Positions 36,881 to 46,260 of a stretch of DNA of 64,000 nt are shown here, piece after piece (within the stretch, counting starts at the first letter, position 1; every line of letters starts with the position of its first letter). The stretch is taken from positions 28,902 through 92,901 of the forward strand of contig CAVVVA010000013.1 in NCBI GenBank assembly GCA_963751565.1. Reading direction: 5' to 3'. Position numbers and translations under genes: made by a program. Source of the stretch: an uncultured Actinomycetes bacterium (GTDB lineage Bacteria; Actinomycetota; Thermoleophilia; UBA2241). A model generated the notes under the pieces. That model did no database searches. It was not told the origin of the DNA and saw nothing but the letters and a program-made list of their open reading frames with translations.

Positions 36881-37854
36881 GGTCGTACGACCTCATCGGC
36901 TGCGGAGCGCTCAACCTCGACCTCATCTACCGCCTGCCGTCCGACTCGCCGCTGTGGCGGCAGCTGCCGCCCCCGGGCGCCGAACAGGCGGTCGACCCCG
37001 AGCTGCGGGCGAGCGTCGAAGCGGCGCTCGCCGAGCTCGAACCGGCTCGCAGCGGCGGCGGCCAGGCGGCCAACACGGCCTACGCCCTGGCTCGCCTGGG
37101 CTTCAGCGCCGCCATGCTGGGCCGGATCGGCGCAGACGACGAAGGCCGCTTTCTCGCCGCCGAGCTCTCGCCCTGCGACGCCCGGTACCTCGCCCGCAAC
37201 GGCGAGTCGGGCCGCGTCTACGTGCTGTTGAACGAGGAGGGCGAGCGCCGCAACCTCGTCTGGCCGGCCGCCAACGACGAGTTCTCGCGGGCCGACCTGC
37301 CGCGGCGTCTGCCGGCGGCGCGCTTTGCCTACTTCTCGTCGTTCGTGGGCGAACGTCCGCTGCAGACCCAGCTCGCCCTGCTCGAGCGGCTGCCCGACGG
37401 CGTCGAGGTCGCCTTCGACCCGGGTGAGATCTACGCGCGCCTGGGCGTCAAGAGCTTCATCCCCTTTCTCAAGCGCGCGTCGTTCGTCTTTGCCACCGAG
37501 AGCGAGCTCGAGACCCTCTGCGGCCTGCCGGCCGACAAGGCGCGCAGCTTCCTGCTCGACGTCGGCGTCGGTCTCGTGGTCTGCAAGATGGGCGACCGCG
37601 GCGCGCAGATCATCGGGCGGCGGCTCGACCTCTACGTGCCGCCGCACCCGGCCGAGGTCGTCGACGTGACCGGCGCCGGCGACCTCTTCGCCGCCGGCTT
37701 CATCGGCGGGCTGCTCGAGGGTCTCGGCCTCGAGGCGGCCGGCCACCTCGCAGCCTGGGCGGCCTCGCGCGGCATCGGCGGGCTCGGGCGCAGCACCTAC
37801 CCCGACGCGGCGGCCTGGCGCGAACGCGTGGCCGAGCAGCGTGGCGACGCCTAG
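36877..37854 (+). CDS. PfkB-family ribokinase-like sugar/nucleoside kinase
   Basis: GTG at 36877 overlaps the purM stop (GTGA). 'GG.AANTAYALARLG' and the C-terminal 'VDVTGAGDLFAAGFIGGLL' PfkB signature. Confidence 0.8.
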   Translation: MRSYDLIGCGALNLDLIYRLPSDSPLWRQLPPPGAEQAVDPELRASVEAALAELEPARSGGGQAANTAYALARLGFSAAMLGRIGADDEGRFLAAELSPCDARYLARNGESGRVYVLLNEEGERRNLVWPAANDEFSRADLPRRLPAARFAYFSSFVGERPLQTQLALLERLPDGVEVAFDPGEIYARLGVKSFIPFLKRASFVFATESELETLCGLPADKARSFLLDVGVGLVVCKMGDRGAQIIGRRLDLYVPPHPAEVVDVTGAGDLFAAGFIGGLLEGLGLEAAGHLAAWAASRGIGGLGRSTYPDAAAWRERVAEQRGDA

Positions 37855-37872
37855 CCCGCAAGGCCGGCCGCG

Positions 37873-38826
37873 GTGAGGGTCGGCTGGCTGTCCAGCGGCC
37901 GCGACGCGGCCGCGCGCACGCTGCTCTCAGAGGTCGTGCGCCGCGCCCGGCGTGACGGCATCGACCTCGACATCGCCGTCGTGTTCTGCGACCGGGAGCG
38001 CGGCGAGCAGGCCGAAAGCGACGCCTTTCTCGACCTCGCCGGCGACCTCGGCCTGAACACCGCCACCCTGTCGAGCGCCGCGAGCTGGGGCGCCTGGCAG
38101 GCCCGCCGCGACGTCCTGGACCGCGGCCGGTTTCCCGACAAGGCCGCGGTGCGCGAGGCCTGGCGCCTCGCTTTCCACCACGACGTCGCCGGCCTGCTGG
38201 GCTCCTACGACGTCGAGTTGCTCGTGCTGGCCGGCTACATGCTGATCGCCAGTCCCGACCTGTGCGCCCGCTTCGCCATGCTGAACCTTCACCCGGCGCT
38301 GCCCGGCGGGCCGCAGGGCACCTGGCAAGAGGTCATCTGGCGTCTGCTGGCCGACGAGGCCGGCGAGACCGGGGCGATGATCCACCTGGCCACGGCCGAG
38401 CTCGATCGCGGCCCGGTCGTCGCCTTCTGCTCGTTTGCGATCGTCGGTCCGCACTGGAACAGCCTCTGGCAGGCCTTTCGCGAGCGGCGCGACACACTCG
38501 GCCTGGACGGTGTCGCGGCCGCCGAGGGCGAGAGCCAGCCGCTGTTCGCCGAGATCCGCCGGCAGGGCGAACGGCGCGAGATCCCGCTGCTCTACCACAC
38601 CGTGGCCGAGTTCGCCCTGGGACACCTGCTGGTGCGCGACGGCGAGGTCGTCGGCGTGACGGTCCAGCCGCCGCTCGAGCTGACCGCCCAAGTCGACGCC
38701 GAGCTGGCCGCCGAGGTCGACGCCGAGCTGGCCGCCGAGGTCGACGCCGAACAGCACGACGATACGGTCAAGGAGCGCGGCGCTGCCGGCGAAGAGCATC
38801 ACGAGAACGCCGGGAGCCCCCGATGA
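37873..38826 (+). CDS. formyltransferase-family protein (PurN-like core with insertions and repeat-bearing C-terminal tail)
   Basis: 'LLVLAGYM.I.........MLNLHPALP' (Asn/His of the GART active site) and 'IHL.T.ELDRGPVV' (Asp). It is atypically long at 317 aa, with an internal insert and a C-terminal extension. Confidence 0.65.
   Translation: MRVGWLSSGRDAAARTLLSEVVRRARRDGIDLDIAVVFCDRERGEQAESDAFLDLAGDLGLNTATLSSAASWGAWQARRDVLDRGRFPDKAAVREAWRLAFHHDVAGLLGSYDVELLVLAGYMLIASPDLCARFAMLNLHPALPGGPQGTWQEVIWRLLADEAGETGAMIHLATAELDRGPVVAFCSFAIVGPHWNSLWQAFRERRDTLGLDGVAAAEGESQPLFAEIRRQGERREIPLLYHTVAEFALGHLLVRDGEVVGVTVQPPLELTAQVDAELAAEVDAELAAEVDAEQHDDTVKERGAAGEEHHENAGSPR
38692..38750 (+). repeat. in-frame 24-nt tandem repeat (about 2.5 units) in the formyltransferase tail (VDAELAAE)
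   Basis: 'gtcgacgccgagctggccgccgag' at 38692-38715 and 38716-38739, plus a partial third unit. Confidence 0.9.
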
Positions 38827-39860
38827 GCGCCCCGCCGCGCCTCTTTGTGACCGACTGCGAAGGGCCGCTCACCCGCAACGACAACGCCATGGAGGTCGCC
38901 GCCGCCTTCGTGCCCGACGGGGCCGAGCTGTTCGCCCGGCTGTCGCGCTACGACGACTTTCTCGCCGACGTGCTGCACAAGCCCGGGTACAACGCCGGCG
39001 ACACGCTGCGCCTGATCGTGCCGTTCCTGCTCGCCTACGGCGTGCGCGACCGCGACGTCGAGCAGTACAGCGCCGACACCGTGCTCGTCGTGCCCGGCGC
39101 CCGCGACCTGCTGCGCGACGTCTCCGCGGCGCTGCCCTCGTACATCATCTCGACCTCGTACACGCCCTACATCCGGGCGCTGTGCCGGGTCGTCGACTTT
39201 CCCTTCGCGCAGTGCCGCTGCACCAGCATCGACCTGGACGCCTGGCACCTCACCCGGGACGAGGCCGACTGGCTGCGCGACCGCGCCGAAGCGATCCTCG
39301 CACAGCCCGTCATTGAGCTGCCCGAGGCGGCGCGGTCGGCGGCCGACCTGTCGGCCGCCGACCGCGCCGCCGTCGCCGAGCTCGACCGCCTGTTCTGGAC
39401 CGAGATGGGCGCCCAAGGCCGGCGCAGCGCCGAGGTCGTGGCGGCCGTGCGGCCCATCGGCGGCGGCCTCAAGCTGGCGGCCTTGCGCGAGATCGCGGCC
39501 GGCCGCCGGGTAGCGCTGGCCGACGTGATGTACGTGGGCGACTCGATCACCGACGTGCCGCCCTTTGCGGCGGTGCGCGAGGCCGGCGGCGTGGCGCTCA
39601 GCTTCAACGGCAACCGCTACGCGCTGGCCGCGGCAGAGCTCGCCGTCGCGTCGGCCGACACGGCGCCCACCCGCGAGCTGGCGCTGGCCTTTGCCGCCGG
39701 CGGCCGCGAAGGCCTCCTGGCGACCGTCGGCTCCTTTCCGTGTGTCGCCAAGCCGCTGCCCCGGGTCGGACTGCTCCGCGAAGCCGGCGCCGCCCTCGCC
39801 CACGCCTCGGCTTACGCCCGCTCGCACGTGCGCGGCGAGCGCGTCGCACGCCTGGGCTGA
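38823..39860 (+). CDS. hypothetical HAD-like protein (resembles archaeal 'EhaR'-annotated HAD-fold proteins)
   Basis: ATG at 38823 overlaps the previous stop (ATGA). N-terminal 'LFVTDCEGPLT' and C-terminal 'YVGDSITD' resemble HAD motifs I and IV. The family assignment is from memory only. Confidence 0.45.
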   Translation: MSAPPRLFVTDCEGPLTRNDNAMEVAAAFVPDGAELFARLSRYDDFLADVLHKPGYNAGDTLRLIVPFLLAYGVRDRDVEQYSADTVLVVPGARDLLRDVSAALPSYIISTSYTPYIRALCRVVDFPFAQCRCTSIDLDAWHLTRDEADWLRDRAEAILAQPVIELPEAARSAADLSAADRAAVAELDRLFWTEMGAQGRRSAEVVAAVRPIGGGLKLAALREIAAGRRVALADVMYVGDSITDVPPFAAVREAGGVALSFNGNRYALAAAELAVASADTAPTRELALAFAAGGREGLLATVGSFPCVAKPLPRVGLLREAGAALAHASAYARSHVRGERVARLG

Positions 39861-39954
39861 CGCGGCGCGCCGGCCGGCGCCCGGCATCCCTTCATTTTCG
39901 GCCCCCCTTCCTTATAGACTGTGGGCACAGGCCACCGACCAAGGAGCCAGCAAG

Positions 39955-41496
39955 GTGAAGGTCAAACGAGCTCTCATCTCCGTCTTCAACAAAGCCGGTC
40001 TCGAAGAGTTCGCACGCGCTCTGGCCGACATGGGCGTCGAGATCATCTCGACCGGCGGCACGGCGCGCACGCTGAGCGACAAGGGCATCCCCGTCACCGA
40101 GGTCTCCGACGTCACGCAGTTCCCCGAGATGCTCGGCGGCCGGGTCAAGACGATGCATCCGCGCATCCAGGGCGGGATCCTCGCCAAGCGCGGCGACCCC
40201 GAGCACATGAAGTCGCTCGCCGAGCACGGCATCGAGCCCATCGACATGGTCGTCGTGAGCCTCTATCCGTTCGAGGAGGTGTCGTCGCAACGCGGCACCC
40301 CCGAAGAGCAGGTCATCGAGATGATCGACATCGGCGGACCCACCATGATCCGCGCGGCGGCCAAGAACCACGAGGACGTGGCGGTCGTGACCGAGCCCGA
40401 CGACTACGCCGTGGTTCTCGACGAGCTCACGACACACGATGGCGAGCTGTCGCTGACCACCTGCCGGCGCCTGGCCACCAAGGCCTTCCACAAGACGGCC
40501 CACTACGACTTCGTCATCGCCAACTGGTTCTCCGAAGCCGAGGGCGACTTTCCCAGCCACATCCTGCGCGACTACGAGAAGGTCATGGAGCTCTCCTACG
40601 GCGAGAACCCCCACCAGCGGGCCGCCTACTACTCCGAAAGCGGCAGCCGCCGGCACCTGCTGTCGCGCGTCACCCAGCTCCACGGCAAGAAGCTCTCGTT
40701 CAACAACCTCTACGACCTCCACGCCGCGCGTGCCCTGGCGGCCGAGTTCGCCCTGCCGGCCTGCGTGATCATCAAGCACAACAACCCCTGCGGCTCGGCC
40801 CTGGCCGAGAACCTCGAGCACGCCTACGTCAAGGCGCTCGAGTCCGACCCGGAGGCGGCCTTCGGTTCGGTGGTCGCCGTCAACCGGCAGATCGACGTGG
40901 CCACGGCAAAGCGCATGGCGGAGCTGTTCATCGAGGTCCTGTTCGCCCCGGCCTACGACGACGAGGCCCTCGAGATCCTGAGCCGCAAGCCCGACATCCG
41001 CATCCTCGTCGACAACGAGCGCCGCAAGGGCAGCCCCGGCGAGATGGACTACAAGCGCGTGCTGGGCGGCCTGCTCATTCAGGACCGCGACGCCGACCTC
41101 GAGGACCGCGAGTCCATGGAGGTCGTGAGCAAGGTGCACCCGACCGAGGCCCAGTGGGGCGACCTGATCTTCGCCAGCAGGGTGGCCAAGCACGTCAAGT
41201 CGAACGCCATCGTGATCGCCAAAGACCTCGCCACGCTCGGCGTCGGCGCCGGCCAGATGAGCCGCGTCGACTCCACGCGCCTGGCCATCGAAAAGGCCCA
41301 CGGCGACCTGCACGGCTCGGTGATCGGCTCCGACGCGTTCTTCCCGTTCCCCGACGCCGTCGAGCTGGCCATCGAGAGCGGCGTCACGGCCTTCATGCAG
41401 CCGGGCGGCTCCAAGCGCGACGACCTCTCCGTCAAGGTGTGCGACGCCAGGGGCGCCGCCATGGTCTTCTCGCGGCGGCGCCACTTTTTGCACTAG
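39955..41496 (+). CDS. purH: bifunctional AICAR transformylase / IMP cyclohydrolase
   Basis: 'KRALISVFNK.GL..FA..L...G.EIISTGGTA', 'GGRVKTMHP.I.GGIL' and C-terminal 'RHF.H'. GTG 39955 lies 8 nt after AAGGAG. Confidence 0.95.
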   Translation: MKVKRALISVFNKAGLEEFARALADMGVEIISTGGTARTLSDKGIPVTEVSDVTQFPEMLGGRVKTMHPRIQGGILAKRGDPEHMKSLAEHGIEPIDMVVVSLYPFEEVSSQRGTPEEQVIEMIDIGGPTMIRAAAKNHEDVAVVTEPDDYAVVLDELTTHDGELSLTTCRRLATKAFHKTAHYDFVIANWFSEAEGDFPSHILRDYEKVMELSYGENPHQRAAYYSESGSRRHLLSRVTQLHGKKLSFNNLYDLHAARALAAEFALPACVIIKHNNPCGSALAENLEHAYVKALESDPEAAFGSVVAVNRQIDVATAKRMAELFIEVLFAPAYDDEALEILSRKPDIRILVDNERRKGSPGEMDYKRVLGGLLIQDRDADLEDRESMEVVSKVHPTEAQWGDLIFASRVAKHVKSNAIVIAKDLATLGVGAGQMSRVDSTRLAIEKAHGDLHGSVIGSDAFFPFPDAVELAIESGVTAFMQPGGSKRDDLSVKVCDARGAAMVFSRRRHFLH

Positions 41497-41556
41497 GGCG
41501 CCGCTTTCTGCACCAGGGCGCCACTTTTTCGCAGCAGGGCGCCGACTTCGCCAAAG
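41477..41556 (+). repeat. four imperfect tandem copies (19-21 nt) of the purH 3' terminus
   Basis: 'ggcgccactttttgcactag' / 'ggcgccgctttctgcaccag' / 'ggcgccactttttcgcagcag' / 'ggcgccgacttcgccaaag'. The first unit contains the purH stop codon. Confidence 0.85.
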
Positions 41557-41564
41557 GACGATCA

Positions 41565-41589
41565 CAGGGCCCGGTCGATCCGGGCCCTG
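41565..41589 (+). terminator. 10-bp perfect hairpin after purH (no T tract)
   Basis: 'cagggcccgg-tcgat-ccgggccctg'. Confidence 0.45.
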
Positions 41590-41607
41590 CAGCTCGCTAG
41601 GACGCCG

Positions 41608-42918
41608 ATGCCCGATCCGACCGGCGACAACCCGATGACGCGACTCGCTTACGCCGACGTGCGAATCGGCGACGGCCGGGTCGCCCTGCGGCCTTGGCGG
41701 CGCGACGACGCGCCGCTCATGGCGGCCGCCTGCGCCGACCCCGAGATCGCCCTCTTCTGCATGATGCCGGCCGGCTACACCACCGCGATGGCCCGCGACT
41801 TCATCGCCGACGCGCCGCGGGCCTGGTCCGAGGACGGCTGGCTGCACCTCGCCCTGACGACCACCGGCCGCGAGCGACCGGTCGGCGCGGTCGGCGCGCT
41901 GCGCTTCGAGCGGCGCCCCGAGTGCGCCGAGCTCGGCTACTGGGTCGTGCCCGGCCGGCGCGGCCGTGGCCTGGGACGTGCGGGCGTCGCGCTCATCACC
42001 GACTGGGCCTTCGAGACGCTGCGCGTGCGGCGCCTCTCGATCGGCACGATGGTGACCAACGCCGCCTCGCGGCGCATAGCTCGGTCGCTCGGCTACCGCC
42101 CCGAAGCCCTGCTGCGCAGCTACCGACCGTGCGGCGAGCGGCGCACCGACTGTGTCATGTACTCACTGCTCTCCGACGAATGGCGGGCGCGGCGGGCGGC
42201 GAGCGGCGGCGAGGGCCAGCCCCCTCGCCTGCCGTCCGACGAAGCGCCGCAACCGGCCGACGAAGCGCTCCTGCCGCCCGATGAAGCGCTACCGTGGTCC
42301 GACGAGGCGCTCCTGCCGGCCCTCGCCGTCGCCCGCACCGACTACCCCGCCGTGGCGCCCGCCCTGCCGCCGGCGCCGCCGCCGCTCGGCGACGGCGCGA
42401 TGCTCTTGCGTCCGTACTCGGACGCCGATGTTCCCGACATGGTCAGGGCCTGCAGCGACCCTGAGACCCAGCGCTGGCTCTTCGTGCTGCCCACGCCCTA
42501 CACCGAGAGCGACGCACGGGAGTTCCTGGTGCGGGCCGCAGCCGGCTGGGAGCAGAAACACGAGGCCTACTACTGCATAGCCGACGCCGCGAGCGACCGT
42601 CTGCTGGGCGGCATCGCGCTGCACGCCGACGAGGCGTGGGCCGGCGCGGCCGAGATCGGCTACCACGTGGCGCCGTGGGCGCGCCGCCGCGGCGTAGCCA
42701 CGGCGGCGGCGCGCCTCGTTGCCCACTGGGGCCTCGACGTGCTCGGTCTGGCCCGCGTGCAGATCCTCGCCGACACGCGCAACGCCGGCTCGTGCGCCGT
42801 GGCCGCCAGGTTGGGCTTCACCCGCGAGGGATTGCGACGGCGCGACCACGGCCGCGAGGGCGACCTCGGCGACCACGCCGTCTTCTCGCTGCTGGCCGAC
42901 GATCCGCCACCCTGGTAG
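41608..42918 (+). CDS. tandem double-GNAT (RimJ/RimL-like) N-acetyltransferase fusion
   Basis: Two copies of the 'L.LRP....D........DPE.......P' ... 'E.GY.V.P..RG.G....A......W.F' pattern, joined by a repeat-rich Pro/Asp/Glu linker. 436 aa. Confidence 0.75.
   Translation: MPDPTGDNPMTRLAYADVRIGDGRVALRPWRRDDAPLMAAACADPEIALFCMMPAGYTTAMARDFIADAPRAWSEDGWLHLALTTTGRERPVGAVGALRFERRPECAELGYWVVPGRRGRGLGRAGVALITDWAFETLRVRRLSIGTMVTNAASRRIARSLGYRPEALLRSYRPCGERRTDCVMYSLLSDEWRARRAASGGEGQPPRLPSDEAPQPADEALLPPDEALPWSDEALLPALAVARTDYPAVAPALPPAPPPLGDGAMLLRPYSDADVPDMVRACSDPETQRWLFVLPTPYTESDAREFLVRAAAGWEQKHEAYYCIADAASDRLLGGIALHADEAWAGAAEIGYHVAPWARRRGVATAAARLVAHWGLDVLGLARVQILADTRNAGSCAVAARLGFTREGLRRRDHGREGDLGDHAVFSLLADDPPPW
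42232..42318 (+). repeat. in-frame 21-24-nt tandem repeat x4 in the GNAT-GNAT linker ((P/S)xDEA(L/P)x)
   Basis: 'ccgtccgacgaagcgccgcaa / ccggccgacgaagcgctcctg / ccgcccgatgaagcgctaccgtgg / tccgacgaggcgctcctgccg'. Confidence 0.8.
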
Positions 42919-42945
42919 TCCCAGCGCAGACGGATGACTGTGGCC

Positions 42946-43020
42946 GGACGCGCACGGGCCACCCGCAGACGGACGCGCACGGGCCACGCACAGCCGGACG
43001 CGCACGGGCCACGCGCAGCC
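42946..43020 (+). repeat. three head-to-tail 25-bp direct repeats immediately upstream of the tRNA-Lys promoter
   Basis: 'ggacgcgcacgggccac(c/g)c(g/a)cag(a/c)c' at 42946-42970, 42971-42995 and 42996-43020. Confidence 0.9.
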
Positions 43021-43051
43021 GGGCCCGGACCGAACGACGGATATGAGGTGG

Positions 43052-43057
43052 TACAAT
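43052..43057 (+). promoter_or_regulatory. candidate -10 box TACAAT for tRNA-Lys
   Basis: TACAAT lies 10 nt upstream of the mature tRNA 5' end. Confidence 0.4.
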
Positions 43058-43067
43058 CCCCGAGCTT

Positions 43068-43143
43068 GGGCCGCTAGCTCAGTTGGTAGAGCACCTGACT
43101 TTTAATCAGGGTGTCGTAGGTTCGAATCCTACGCGGCCCACCA
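43068..43143 (+). tRNA. tRNA-Lys (anticodon UUU), CCA encoded
   Basis: 7-bp acceptor stem GGGCCGC/GCGGCCC, D-arm 'tagctcagttggtagagc', anticodon stem-loop 'cctga-cuUUUaa-tcagg', T-arm 'gtaggttcgaatcctac', discriminator A and a genomic CCA. Confidence 0.95.
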
Positions 43144-44931
43144 GAAAGACCCTCTGAGCAGCGACTTTCGCTGCCCTGCGAAACCTCAAAGCGATCGCTG
43201 CCGACACGATGCCGACGCGTATACTTCAATATGCTTCAAGAAATCGATATTGTTTGAGGCCACCGAATCCCAGGCTTTGCAGGCATTCTCTCTTGCCCAA
43301 GGGCCACAGAAGGGCCGATTTGTTGAAGTATAACGGCCCTTTTGGACGCCAAGTGACGCGTATCTGACGCGGTTTGGCACCAAAACGGGCGATTCTGGCG
43401 GCAACCGGTCGTCGATGGTCGGCCCGCCGAGCACCTCGGCTCTGCGCTGTTCTCACCATCGCGAGATGCCGCAGGTACGCCAGCGCTCGGCGCAGTCAGG
43501 GAAGACCTCGACCGAGGCTCCGCTGTGCCCGCCGGGCCGGTCGAACGCGATCTGCTTAAGCTGCCAGTGATGGTCATCATGGCATCCACCTTACTCGCTT
43601 TGCCGTGCTCGATGAAACGCTCTCGCCCAGCTGATCGGCGACGGCCGATGCGAGGCCGGTCCTCGAGTCTGCGTGACCGCCTACGCTCAGACGCAGACCA
43701 ACAGCTCGGCGATCCGCTCGGCGGCCTCCTGGTCGGCTTGCGGCAGGACGTGCGAGTAGACATCCAAGGTGAGGGCCACGGTGGAGTGGCCGAGCCGTGC
43801 CGAGACGATGCGCGGGTTGACGCCACTGGCAAGGGCCAGCGTGGCGTAGGTGTGGCGCAGGCCATGCAGCGGGATCGGCGGCAGCATGGCCGCCTTGCGT
43901 GTGATCGCGGAAGGCCTTGCTCACCGCCCAGGGCTGCAGCGGCTGGCCGTCCTTGCGCGGTGAAGACGAAGCCCGCATCGATCCAGGCCTCATCCCAGTC
44001 GGACTGCTCGTCGGCCTGACGGGCGGCGTGGGCCTTGAGGGCCTCCAGCGTCACAGGGTCGAGGGCGATCGTACGCCGACCGCGCCTGGTCTTGGGCTCG
44101 CTCATCTGCGCCGACGCCGTTGACCGGCACCCAGGCCCGGCGGATGGTCAGCCGGCCGCCCTCCATGTCGAGGTCCTCCCAGGCAGACCGAGCGCCTCTC
44201 CTCGGCGCATGCCGGTCATCGCCAGCAGGCGCCAGAGGGCAAAGAGACGATCGTCGGTGACACTGGCAAGGAAGGCGGAGAGCTGCTCGGCCGTCCAGAC
44301 CGGCAGCCTCTCGGAGTGCTCGGCACTGGCCTTGGGCGGGTCGGCGGCATCGACCGGGTTCACCGTCAGCCTGCCCCAGCGTACGGCGTCGTGACAGGCC
44401 CGGTGCAGGACGGCGTGCACGCGGCGCACCGAGGAGGCCGAGAGACCGCCCTCCCCGCGGACGCGACCCTCCTCCAGCAGGTAGGCATAGAGGGCGTTGA
44501 TCGGCGCCGGCAGTGAGCTTCTGCAGCTGCAGGCTGCCCAGCCGGGGGATGATGTGCTCCCTGGCGAGCATCGTGTAGCTTGCGTAGGTGGTCGGCCGCA
44601 GCGTGCCCTTGACGGCCGGCAGCCACTCGGTCAGCAGGAAGGCCTTCACCGTGATCCTGGTGGGCGCCGTGAAGGTGCGCGCCTCGACGGCCGTCAGCAC
44701 CTTGCTCAAGGCCGCCTGGCACTCCTTGCGAGTGGTGTAGCCGCCCTTGATCGCCCGGCGGCGCTCCTCCGTCTCGAGCAGCTGGCCGCCGCACTTCGGA
44801 CAGGTCTCCCTGGGCTTGCGCTCGATCCAGAAGCGGCGGTTGCAGACCTGGCAGCGCTGCGCCGCCGCTGTGCCGATGTCGACGATGTACTCGAAGCTGC
44901 GCTCGCCCCTGCGGCGGATGTGACCGCGCAT
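43144..44931. mobile_element. remnant integration module of a tRNA-Lys-associated integrative element / genomic island (right boundary not identified)
   Basis: AT-richer DNA starts directly after the tRNA 3' end and is followed by a decayed tyrosine integrase. I found no second copy of the tRNA 3' end (attR) in the window. Confidence 0.5.
43687..44931 (-). pseudogene. tyrosine recombinase/phage-type integrase, at least five frameshifts
   Basis: The pieces read in order across three frames. They are an N-terminal zinc ribbon 'CQVCNRRFWIERKPRETCPKCGG' with a SAM-like core-binding part, 'AMTGMRRGEALGL' (catalytic Arg), 'WEDLDMEGGRLTI', 'KTRRGRRTIALDP', and 'LHGLRHTYATLAL...LGHSTVALTLDVYSHV' (R-H-...-Y). 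Confidence 0.85.
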
Positions 44932-46260
44932 GCTGATCTCCCTGACGCGCGTCTGTCTGTGCAAGCAGCTTCGCTCTGGGCGGGCAGGCCGGCAACGCGA
45001 GGGCAGGCACCAGAAGCACGAAATCCGCGCAGAGCTTGAACCTGTTCGGTGCGCCGAAGCGTCGGCAGCCGGTCGGCGGCAAGCATGCGGTGCGGCCACT
45101 TCTCGGCGTCAGCCGGTCTGGCAGCGGTGATGTGTGCGAGGGAATCTGTGCTGCTCGCCGTGGACGTGAGGAGTCAGATTCCCATCGCATCCAGGCGCTT
45201 TCAAGGGACCCCGTGTGCGGGCCATGGGGACCGGCAGCGCTGGGAGCGAATCTGCCACACCAGACGGCTAGTCACGACGGCGTTGTCAGCAACGGCTACG
45301 TGCAATCCCCGGCACGGCCTCGCCGATCTTGACCGCGTGTGGCTTGAGGTGTAAGCCGCACCCATACGAAACGGGCAAGAGTCGCACCATCACGGTAGTT
45401 GAGGACGCGCCGATCCGCCGGCTGTGTTTGCGGTCACCTGCTTATCCGGCGGGGAGCGACTGGCGAGACCGACCTCAAGGGCTGGTCCTCGTGCTTTTCG
45501 GGACCGAGCAGCTGTCAGAGGTGTCAGAGGCGCCCGCAAGGGCAGGGGGGTAGCGTGTCGGGTGCACCGTCTCGTGTAGGTGAGCGACGCTTTCGTCCGT
45601 TGTCGCCATCGCCGCTGCTCACAGACCTCTCGCCACGAGGAGCACCTGAGGCTTGGCGGCCAGAGAGGCTTGGCAGCAAGCCATCCGCAAGGCTGATCGG
45701 CCTGAAGGGGCCGGGTGGTGCCGAACCCCTGAAGTCAGTCCACTTCAACGCACGCTTCTCGACAACAAGTGGGTCTGTGGGGCCGGCGCTCGGCCGGCAG
45801 CGTTGGCCTGTCGTCGGCCAAGACCCTGACCGCGCACGGGTTTGTCGGCAACATGGTCTGTGCCCTGGACGCGATCTGGCGTCGCGTTTGCCAGCCGGAA
45901 AGGAGATTGGCAATGTTTGGAGGTGCCCCAATTAGGCTTGCAACGGGCGTGGCCGCTGTGGCCCTGGCCATGGTCGTGGGGATGGGCTTGGCCTCGCCTG
46001 ATTTCGCTTTCGCAGCGGCCAAACCCGTCGTTACCCATGTCAGTCCGGCCACTGGTTCGACCCTGGGTGGCACGACCGTAAGAATCAGCGGCAAGCACTT
46101 CATGGCGAATGGTCACAGTTTGGTGAAGAAGGTCAGGTTTGGAAAGAGAGCTGCAACGCACGTTCATGTGCGTTCCAAGGGCCGGATCACTGTCACCGCT
46201 CCTGTCGGCAAGGGCACCGTAAACGTCACCGTGACCACCACGGCCGGCACGAGCGCGAAG

